Assembly (NCBI GenBank): GCA_007122985.1
Contig: SKSM01000067.1
Location: 1,784-65,783, forward strand
Length of the DNA: 64,000 nt
Origin: Nitriliruptoraceae bacterium
GTDB taxonomy: Bacteria > Actinomycetota > Nitriliruptoria > Nitriliruptorales > Nitriliruptoraceae
Direction: 5' to 3'
Both the position numbers and the translations under genes were made by a program. Shown one piece after another: positions 56,917-64,000 of this stretch (the first letter of the stretch is position 1; every line of letters starts with the position of its first letter). The notes beneath the pieces were generated by a model. The model was not told the origin of the DNA, did no database searches, and saw nothing but the letters and a program-made list of their open reading frames with translations.

Positions 56917-58067
56917 CGGCGGGCCCGATCGGCGCTGACCAGCGGCAGCGGGTCGGGCTCGTCGGCCACCCGCAGCCGCCCGAACTCGTAGTAGGCGGCG
57001 CAGGCACCCTCCGACGACACCATGCAGGTGCCGATCGGCGTTTCCGGCGTGCAGGCGGTGCCGAACACCCCGCACTCCCAGGGCTTGAGCACCCCGCGCA
57101 GCACCGGGCCGCACTCACAGGCCGGCGGGTCCTCCACACGCGCTCCGGGCAGGGTGAAGCGGCGTTCGCTGTCGAGGTCGGCGTAGGGCTCAGCGATGGC
57201 CATGCCGCTGTGCGGGATCCAGCCGAGCCCGCGCCACTCGAAGGTGTCGCGGGTGGTGAACACCTCCTCGAGCAGCTGCTGTGCCCGGAGGTTGCCTTCG
57301 TCCCGCACCACGCGGGTGTACTGGTTCTCGACCCGGCAACGCCCCTCGTCGTACTGTCGCAGCAGCATCTCGATCGCCTGGATCACGTCCAGCGGCTCGA
57401 ACCCCGCGGTCACCAGCGGGATCGAGAACTCGTCGGGGATGAACTGGTACGGCCGGTTGCCGATGACCGTCGACACGTGCCCCGGGCCGATGAAGCCGTC
57501 CAGGTCGAGTTCGGGCGCCGTGAGGATCGCCCGCAGCGGCGGGACGATGCGCACGTGGTTGCTGAAGACGCTGAAGTTGTCGATGCCGAGCGCCCGGGCG
57601 CGCTGCAGCGTCACCGCCGTCGACGGCGAGGTCGTCTCGAACCCGACGGCGAAGAACACCACGTGCCGATCGGGCTCACGCTCGGCGACCGCGAGCGCGT
57701 CGAGCGGGGAGTAGACCATCCGCACGTCCGCGCCGCCGGCCTTGGCGTCCAGCAACGTCGAGGTGGAGCCCGGCACACGCATCATGTCGCCGAACGAGGT
57801 CAAGGTCACCCCGGGCTGCGCCGCGAGGTGCAGCGCGTCGTCGACCCTGCCCATCGGGATCACGCAGACCGGGCAGCCGGGGCCGTGGACCAGCTCGACC
57901 GGAGCGGGCAGCAGCTGCTCGATGCCGTGGCGGTAGATGGTGTGGGTGTGGCCTCCGCACACCTCCATGAACTTAAAGCCGCGGTCCTGCGCGGCGGCGA
58001 GCGCAGTGATGCGCTCGATCGCGGCGCGGCCGGCCGCCGGGTCGCGGAACTCGTCGACGAACTTCAC
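56913..58067 (-). CDS. hypD: hydrogenase maturation protein HypD
   Basis: GTG 58067 (VKFVDEFRD). FMEVCGGHTH, GPGCPVCV and C-terminal CxxC-rich region. Confidence 0.9.
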   Translation of the reverse strand: MKFVDEFRDPAAGRAAIERITALAAAQDRGFKFMEVCGGHTHTIYRHGIEQLLPAPVELVHGPGCPVCVIPMGRVDDALHLAAQPGVTLTSFGDMMRVPGSTSTLLDAKAGGADVRMVYSPLDALAVAEREPDRHVVFFAVGFETTSPSTAVTLQRARALGIDNFSVFSNHVRIVPPLRAILTAPELDLDGFIGPGHVSTVIGNRPYQFIPDEFSIPLVTAGFEPLDVIQAIEMLLRQYDEGRCRVENQYTRVVRDEGNLRAQQLLEEVFTTRDTFEWRGLGWIPHSGMAIAEPYADLDSERRFTLPGARVEDPPACECGPVLRGVLKPWECGVFGTACTPETPIGTCMVSSEGACAAYYEFGRLRVADEPDPLPLVSADRARR

Positions 58068-58333
58068 GGGCTGGACTCCGGTGCGGGGTCGGGTGGCAGG
58101 TCGGTGATGGCGGTGCCGGCGTGGACCAGCACCCGGTCGCCGACGGCCACCGTCGCCAGCAGCGTCGTGTCGACCGTCTGGACTCCGGCGGAGGTGCGCG
58201 CCCGCACGGTGTGGTCGTCCACCACCTCGACGACCTGGGCGACCTGGCCGTCGTCGGAGCAGGTCACGCACACCTGGGCCGGGCCGGGTGCCGCGACGCT
58301 GACGGCGGGACGGACGGGCCGGTCGGCGTTCAC
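58064..58333 (-). CDS. second HypC/HupF-like chaperone paralogue (start uncertain)
   Basis: C-terminal VAVGDRVLVHAGTAI matches the HypC fold. GTG 58333 overlaps the hypC stop behind GGAGGAGG. The alternative GTG 58273 would give a Met-Cys N-terminus (MCVTCSDDG). Confidence 0.55.
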   Translation of the reverse strand: MNADRPVRPAVSVAAPGPAQVCVTCSDDGQVAQVVEVVDDHTVRARTSAGVQTVDTTLLATVAVGDRVLVHAGTAITDLPPDPAPESSP

Positions 58334-58680
58334 GGCGCCTCCTCCGGGCCAGTCGGCGTCGACGGCCGGGGTGCGCCGCCACCGAACTGCACCAACGGGT
58401 CCATCGCGCTGGCGGCGGCGAACTCCTCGCGCTCGCCTTCGTAGACCTCGCCGAGGGCACGCAGTGAGCGCAGTGTCTCGTTGGCCTCGGCCTCGTCGAT
58501 GCGTGACATCGCGAAGCCGACGTGGATCAGCACCCACTCGCCCTGCTCGATCGGTGGCTCGGCGCCGTCGGCGAACAACGCGATGGAGATCTCACGGCGC
58601 GCGCCCTCGACCTCCGCGGTCGCGCGGTGGGGATCGTCGGCGTCGAGCGCGACGACCTGACCGGGGATCCCGAGACACAT
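58330..58680 (-). CDS. hypC: hydrogenase assembly chaperone HypC
   Basis: Canonical MCLGIPGQVV N-terminus and WVLIHVGFAM core, with a longer than usual C-terminal tail. Confidence 0.85.
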   Translation of the reverse strand: MCLGIPGQVVALDADDPHRATAEVEGARREISIALFADGAEPPIEQGEWVLIHVGFAMSRIDEAEANETLRSLRALGEVYEGEREEFAAASAMDPLVQFGGGAPRPSTPTGPEEAP

Positions 58681-58947
58681 GCGAGCTCCTCTGACGGGGG
58701 CAAAGGGTGCGGCAGCTCAAACCGGGGTCGGCCGGTCTGAGGACGATGCTAGAGGTGTGGCGTGTCGTCGACCCGGGCCACAGGCCCCTGCCTGCGGGGG
58801 ACGTGCGAACCTAGATCCGAAGGTCTCTGTGGTGGTCTGATCGGTGGTGCACACAGGGCCGGACGGCCGGTGGGGACGTCTGCGCGTCGCGGGCGGGGCG
58901 GCCCTACCGTTGCCGGAGCGGACACCGACGACGGCGGAAGGCGCGCA

Positions 58948-61269
58948 GTGGCCGAGGCGACGCGTCGGCACCTGCGGGTGCAGGGCACCGTCCAGGGCGT
59001 CGGCTTCCGGCCCTACGTCCATGCGCTGGCGACGGGGCTCGGGCTCGTCGGCCGGGTCGGCAACGATGCACGCGGCGTGTTCATCGAGGTGGAGGGGCCG
59101 TCGGCGGCGGTGGTGAGCTTCGTGGAGCGGCTGGCGGTCGAGGCGCCGCCGCTGGCCTCGATCGACGGCATCGACGTCGACACCATGCCGGTGGCCGGCG
59201 ACACGGCCTTCACCATCGCCGCGAGCCCCCCCGGAGGGCAGCGCCGTACGCTCGTGCCACCAGACGTCGCCACCTGCGACGACTGCCTCGCCGAAGTGCT
59301 CGATCCAGCCGACCGTCGGTACGGCTATGCGTTCACCAACTGCACCAACTGCGGCCCGCGCTACTCGATCGTCACCGACGTGCCCTACGACCGGCCGAAC
59401 ACCACCATGGCCGGCTTCACGCTGTGTCGTGACTGTCGGGCGGAGTACGAGGACCCGACCGACCGGCGGTTCCACGCCCAGCCGACCTGCTGCCCCGACT
59501 GTGGGCCGAGGCTCGCGTTCACCCACCCCGACGGTGCGCCGATCGACGGCGCGCCGCTCGAGACCGCAGCCGCCTGGCTGTGTGGCGGGCGGGTGGTGGC
59601 GGTCAAGGGGATCGGGGGCTACCACCTCGCCGTCGACGCCGGCGACGACACCGCAGCGGCCACGCTGCGGGCCCGCAAGCTGCGCGAGGACAAGCCGTTC
59701 GCCCTGATGGTCGCCGACCTCGCCGGCGCACGTCGGCTGTGTCGGGTGGACGCCGCCGCCGAGGGGCTCCTGGTCGACCCGTCACGGCCGATCGTGCTGC
59801 TGCCGCGCCGGCACGACGGGCAGCAGGTGGCCGACGCGGTCGCGCCAGGCCGTGACGAGCTCGGGGTCATGCTGGCCTACACCCCGCTGCACCACCTGCT
59901 GCTGCGGGCGGTCGACCGCCCGTTGGTGATGACCAGCGGCAACCGCTCCGACGAGCCGATCGTCCACCGTGATGCGGACGTGGCCGCAGCACTCGGCGAC
60001 ATCGCCGATGCGGTGCTCACCCACGACCGGCCGATCCACGTACGGGTGGAGGACTCGGTCGTGCAGGTGGTCGACGGCGCCACGGTCCCGATCCGCCGTG
60101 CCCGTGGCGCGGCGCCCCGGCCGCTGCCCCTGCCGGTGCAGGCATCGCGTGACCTGCTGGCCGTCGGTGCCGAGCTCAAGAGCACCGTCTGCCTGGTGCG
60201 CGACCGGCAGGCATGGGTCTCGCCCCACCTCGGCGACCTGCAGGACCTCGAAGCGCTGCAGGCCTTCCGCGAGGCCATCGACCACCTCGCCCGGCTCTAC
60301 GACGTGCATCCCGAGATCGTCGCCCACGACCTGCACCCGCGCTACCTGTCCACCCAGCATGCGCTGGAGATGGACGGGGTGGAGACGGTCGCGGTGCAGC
60401 ACCACCACGCGCACATCGCCGCGTGTCTGGCCGACAACGACCGCACCGGCCCGGTGATCGGCGTCGCCTACGACGGCACGGGCTACGGGACCGACGGCAC
60501 CGTGTGGGGTGGTGAGCTGCTGGTGGCCGACCTGGCCGGATTCGAGCGGGTCGGGCACCTCGCGCCGGTCCCGCTGCCCGGCGGCGAGCAGGCGATCCGC
60601 GAGCCCTGGCGGATGGCCGCCAGCTACCTCGACGTCGCACTGTCGGGGTCGGTGCCGTCGTCGCTGCGGCTGGTGGGGCGACACCGCGACCGCTGGGACG
60701 ATGTGGTGGCCGTCGCCCGCGACGGCCGGTTCGCGCCCGACACCACCAGCATGGGCCGGCTGTTCGACGCTGTCGCGGCGCTGCTCGGCATCCGCGACGT
60801 GACCACCTACGAGGGTCACGCCGCGATCGAGCTCGAGCAGGCCGCCCGCCGCGCCGACGGGGACGGGCGTGGACTGGCCGGCACGGGCGGGCTCGTGCCC
60901 GACGAGCAATCCGGTCGGCTCGTGTTGCCCGGTCCAGCGGTGGTCGCCGCCGTGGTCGAGGAGCTGCGCGCCGGCACGCCGGTCGCGCAGATCGCCGCAC
61001 GCTTCCATGTCACGGTCGCGGAGCTGACGACCGCGGCCTGTGTGCGCATCGGTGAGCGCACAGGGCTCGGCACCGTCGCCCTGTCCGGCGGCGTCTTCCA
61101 GAACGTGCTGCTCTCGCGCCTGCTGACCCGGCTGCTGTCGGCGCACGGCTTCGAGGTGCTGCGCCACCGGCGCGTACCGCCCAACGACGGCGGCATCAGC
61201 TTCGGGCAGGCGGCGGTCGCCGCCGAACTGGACGGCAGTCGGGCGGCCCCGGAGGTCAGGGGGGTCTAG
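58948..61269 (+). CDS. hypF: carbamoyltransferase HypF
   Basis: GTG 58948 after GGAAGG. Acylphosphatase domain (VQGTVQGVGFRPYV); two Zn-finger pairs (CDDC...CTNCGPRY, CRDC...CPDCGPRL); YrdC- and Kae1-like domains. Confidence 0.9.
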   Translation: MAEATRRHLRVQGTVQGVGFRPYVHALATGLGLVGRVGNDARGVFIEVEGPSAAVVSFVERLAVEAPPLASIDGIDVDTMPVAGDTAFTIAASPPGGQRRTLVPPDVATCDDCLAEVLDPADRRYGYAFTNCTNCGPRYSIVTDVPYDRPNTTMAGFTLCRDCRAEYEDPTDRRFHAQPTCCPDCGPRLAFTHPDGAPIDGAPLETAAAWLCGGRVVAVKGIGGYHLAVDAGDDTAAATLRARKLREDKPFALMVADLAGARRLCRVDAAAEGLLVDPSRPIVLLPRRHDGQQVADAVAPGRDELGVMLAYTPLHHLLLRAVDRPLVMTSGNRSDEPIVHRDADVAAALGDIADAVLTHDRPIHVRVEDSVVQVVDGATVPIRRARGAAPRPLPLPVQASRDLLAVGAELKSTVCLVRDRQAWVSPHLGDLQDLEALQAFREAIDHLARLYDVHPEIVAHDLHPRYLSTQHALEMDGVETVAVQHHHAHIAACLADNDRTGPVIGVAYDGTGYGTDGTVWGGELLVADLAGFERVGHLAPVPLPGGEQAIREPWRMAASYLDVALSGSVPSSLRLVGRHRDRWDDVVAVARDGRFAPDTTSMGRLFDAVAALLGIRDVTTYEGHAAIELEQAARRADGDGRGLAGTGGLVPDEQSGRLVLPGPAVVAAVVEELRAGTPVAQIAARFHVTVAELTTAACVRIGERTGLGTVALSGGVFQNVLLSRLLTRLLSAHGFEVLRHRRVPPNDGGISFGQAAVAAELDGSRAAPEVRGV

Positions 61270-61294
61270 GCTGCATCGTGCGGAGGGGGTGGCC

Positions 61295-62731
61295 GTGAAG
61301 AGGTCAGACTGGGACGCGGTGCTCGACGCGGCCGTGGCGGCGGCGCGCTCCTACCTCGCCTCACTGCCCGATCGACGCGTCTATCCCGACACCTCGCCCG
61401 ACGAGGTCCGGGCGGTCGTCGACGTCCCCCTGCCCGACCGTTCGCTGCCGCCCGCGGAGGTCGTAGCCGAACTCGCCCGCGAGCTCGAGCCGTTCGTGAC
61501 CGCGCACGCCTCGGGCCGCTACTTCGGGTTCGTCATCGGCGGGCTGCACCCGGCCGCCTACGGCGCGGAGCTGCTGGTGTCCACGTGGGACCAGAACGCC
61601 GGGCTGTACGCGCCGACCCCCGGTGTCGCCATCGTGGAGGAGGTCGCGGTCCGGTGGCTCGTCGATCTCCTCGGGCTGCCCGAGCACAGCTCGGTCGGCC
61701 TCGTCACCGGTGGGCAGATGGCCAACTTCACCTGCCTGGCGGCGGCCCGCGACCACGTCCTGCGGACGGTCGGATGGGACGTCGAGGCCGACGGGCTCCC
61801 GGGTGCGCCACGGATCCACGTGGTGGTCAAGACCGGCCGGCACACGACGGTCACCCGCGCGCTGCGGTACCTCGGGCTGGGCGAGCGCACGATCATCGAG
61901 GTCGGCTGCGACGACCAGGACCGCCTGCTGGTCGAGGAGCTGCGGGCGACGCTGGCCTCCCTGGAGGGCCCCACGATCGTCTGCGTGGAGGCCGGCAACA
62001 TCAACACCGGCTCGTTCGACCCGTTCGACGCGGTCGCCGACGTCGCCGATGGGCACCGCGCCCGGGGCAACCCGACGTGGGTCCACGTCGACGGCGCCGT
62101 GGGGCTGCTGGCGGCCGCGTCGGCGGCGCACGTCGACCTCACCGCCGGCGTCGAGCGGCTGGACTCCTGGTCCACCGACGGCCACAAGCTGCTCAACGTG
62201 GCCTACGACTGCGGGATCGCGATCTGTCGCGATCCGGCGCCGCACCGCGCAGCGATGAGCGTGCGGGCGAGCTACCTGGTCCAGGGTGACGGCGAGACCC
62301 GCGAGGCGATGGACTGGAACCCGGAGTTCTCCCGCCGCGCGCGCGGAGTCGGCGTCTACGCCACCCTGCGCTCGCTCGGACGCGACGGCGTGGCCGACCT
62401 CGCGGTGCGCACCACCCGGCTCGCACGGCGCTTCGCGGCGGCGCTGGCAGCCGATCCCCGCGCTGAGGTCGTCAACGACGTGGTCTTCAACCAGGTCCTG
62501 GTGCGGTGGCTCCCACCCGACGATCACGACCCGGACGACTTCAACGACCGCGTCGTCGCGGCCATCCAGGCCGACGGGACCGCGTTCGTCAGTGGCACCA
62601 CCTGGCGGGATCACCGGCTGATGCGCATCTCGGTGTCCGACTGGGCGACCGACGAGCCCGACGTCGATCGCACGGTCGCGGCGATGCTGCGCTGTGCGCA
62701 GCGGCTCGCAGCGGGCGCCGACGCGCGGTGA
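61295..62731 (+). CDS. PLP-dependent (group II) decarboxylase family protein
   Basis: TGGQMANFTCLAAAR and the STDGHKLLNV PLP-Lys context. GTG 61295 lies 8 nt after GGAGG and only ~25 nt after the hypF stop. Confidence 0.8.
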   Translation: MKRSDWDAVLDAAVAAARSYLASLPDRRVYPDTSPDEVRAVVDVPLPDRSLPPAEVVAELARELEPFVTAHASGRYFGFVIGGLHPAAYGAELLVSTWDQNAGLYAPTPGVAIVEEVAVRWLVDLLGLPEHSSVGLVTGGQMANFTCLAAARDHVLRTVGWDVEADGLPGAPRIHVVVKTGRHTTVTRALRYLGLGERTIIEVGCDDQDRLLVEELRATLASLEGPTIVCVEAGNINTGSFDPFDAVADVADGHRARGNPTWVHVDGAVGLLAAASAAHVDLTAGVERLDSWSTDGHKLLNVAYDCGIAICRDPAPHRAAMSVRASYLVQGDGETREAMDWNPEFSRRARGVGVYATLRSLGRDGVADLAVRTTRLARRFAAALAADPRAEVVNDVVFNQVLVRWLPPDDHDPDDFNDRVVAAIQADGTAFVSGTTWRDHRLMRISVSDWATDEPDVDRTVAAMLRCAQRLAAGADAR

Positions 62732-62812
62732 GCCCGCCCTCGACGGCTCAACGCAGCTGACCCCGGTGGGCGCAACCGCCGGTTGCACCCATGTGGCCTG
62801 CGACGCGGACGG

Positions 62813-63235
62813 TCAGGCCGGCTGGATGCAGCGCTCGCGCAGCAGGGCGACCGCCCGCTCGACAGCGGCGGCGGCCGGTGCCGAGAGCTGCGTGCCGAGC
62901 CCGAGGTCGTGCACCGGCAGGCTGATCACCTCCACGTGCACCGGTGGTTCGCCGAGCAGGGCGGCGATCGCGAGCAGCGCCGCCGGGTCCACGTGGTGGG
63001 TCAGCGCCGCCGGCGCAGCGGGGCGTTCGATGCCGCGCACCGTGACGTCTGCCACCTCGACGTCCGCATCGACGACGATCACCATCCGTCGCCCGAGCCA
63101 GTCGGCCGCGAGCTCCGGGGTGAGCTGATGGGCCGAGCGGGCCTCGACGCCAGGCAGGCCGAGGTCTGCGACCTGTTCGGCCACGATCCGCCCGGCGGCG
63201 TCGTCGCCCCGCAGCGGGCTGCCGACCCCGATCAC
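62813..63235 (-). CDS. hydrogenase maturation endopeptidase (HyaD/HupD/HoxW family)
   Basis: IGVGSPLRGDDAAG and THHVDP metal-ligand contexts. The start is uncertain: GTG 63235 is the first canonical start not deeply overlapping the large-subunit gene. Confidence 0.75.
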   Translation of the reverse strand: MIGVGSPLRGDDAAGRIVAEQVADLGLPGVEARSAHQLTPELAADWLGRRMVIVVDADVEVADVTVRGIERPAAPAALTHHVDPAALLAIAALLGEPPVHVEVISLPVHDLGLGTQLSAPAAAAVERAVALLRERCIQPA

Positions 63236-63266
63236 CAGGACCGGGGCACTCGCGGCATCGGGACGG

Positions 63267-64000
63267 TCAGTGACGGTGCACCTCGCAGACCTGCCTGCCC
63301 TGCGGGTCGAGCAGCTCCAACGACATCGGCATCTGCCCGAGCGCGTGCGTCGAGCACGACAGGCACGGGTCGTAGGCGCGGATGCCGGCCTCGACGCGGT
63401 TGAGCACGCCATCGGAGAGGCTGGGTCCGTCGACGAACTCGCGGGCGATCTCCAGGATCGTGCGGTTCATCGCCAGCTCGTTCTGGCCGGTGGCGATGAT
63501 CAGGTTGACGTCGGTGACCATCCCGTCGCCGTCGACCCGATAGTCGTGGAACAGCGTGCCCCGTGGCGCCTCGGAGGCACCGACCCCCCGCAGGGCGTTG
63601 ACCCCGCCCTGGGCACGCACCCGCGACTCGAGCAGCACCGGGTCGTCGAGCAGCCGACCGATCAGCTCGATCGAGGCGATCACCTCCAGGATCCGGGCCG
63701 CGTGGTAGTGGAACGCCGAGGAGACCACCCGGCCGACGCGGCTGCGGAACTCGTCGAGCAGTCCGTCGGCGATGGGCGTGCCGAACCGCTCTGCCACGTT
63801 GATCCGGGCCAGCGGACCGACGCGGTACATACCCGGTCGCGGGTCGTCGTCGGGGACCAGTGCCTTCCAGTACGGCGACTTGAGGTAGGAGTCGGGGTTG
63901 GCCGCCTCACCGAGGTACTGGCGGTAGTCGGCCGGGTCGAGCTGGTCGACCACGATGGCACCGTCGGCGTCGACGACCCGCAGCCCGCCCTCGTAGTGCT
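63267..64000 (-). CDS. [NiFe]-hydrogenase large subunit, 3' part (continues past the right window edge); group 3-like
   Basis: C-terminal Ni-binding motif DPCLSCSTH followed by a cleavable extension ALGQMP...CEVHRH. SEAPRGTLFH motif. The frame is open to position 64000. Confidence 0.9.
   Translation of the reverse strand, partial: HYEGGLRVVDADGAIVVDQLDPADYRQYLGEAANPDSYLKSPYWKALVPDDDPRPGMYRVGPLARINVAERFGTPIADGLLDEFRSRVGRVVSSAFHYHAARILEVIASIELIGRLLDDPVLLESRVRAQGGVNALRGVGASEAPRGTLFHDYRVDGDGMVTDVNLIIATGQNELAMNRTILEIAREFVDGPSLSDGVLNRVEAGIRAYDPCLSCSTHALGQMPMSLELLDPQGRQVCEVHRH

Noticed and set aside
1-64000. CRISPR arrays, rRNA and tRNA genes
   Set aside because: No regularly spaced direct repeats were seen. 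No GGTTCGAATCC-type T-arm contexts occur in intergenic regions, and no rRNA-like conserved stretches were seen on either strand. Visual inspection only.

Overview
High-G+C actinobacterial chromosome segment; no rRNA, tRNA or CRISPR array recognised. Left third: conserved core synteny (penicillin-acylase-family gene, dapF, hflX, a GAF-GGDEF cyclase, lexA, a LysM/ChiZ-like gene, nrdR). This is followed by a small toxin-antitoxin islet (MazEF-like plus a DUF4160/DUF2442 pair). Next comes an intein-containing class II ribonucleotide reductase gene (nrdJ) preceded by NrdR-box-like palindromes. Middle (about 23.5-39.2 kb): a visibly AT-richer accessory island. It carries a translationally coupled ~12.5 kb operon of sugar/cyclitol-type and CoA-dependent enzymes with a NitT/TauT-type ABC importer, an IclR regulator and a divergent EthD-ribokinase pair. 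The island is bracketed by an IS256-type transposase remnant and an intact ISL3 element that truncates a DUF3179 gene. Right third: alpha/beta hydrolase, an orphan CoxL-like molybdenum hydroxylase subunit, a membrane GGDEF cyclase, a beta-propeller protein and assorted small enzymes. It also holds a [NiFe]-hydrogenase maturation cluster: hypC, a hypC-like gene, hypD and hypE on the minus strand, divergent hypF, an embedded PLP decarboxylase, the maturation protease and the 3' end of the large subunit. Most interesting observations: (1) a candidate selenoprotein gene with an in-frame UGA and a SECIS-like hairpin; (2) the AT-rich island, whose gene mix I cannot match to a catabolic pathway I know; (3) an ~85-nt inverted repeat pair sitting exactly at the 3' ends of nrdJ and the ribokinase gene. 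All coordinates, motif calls and alignments were done by eye; nothing was searched against databases.
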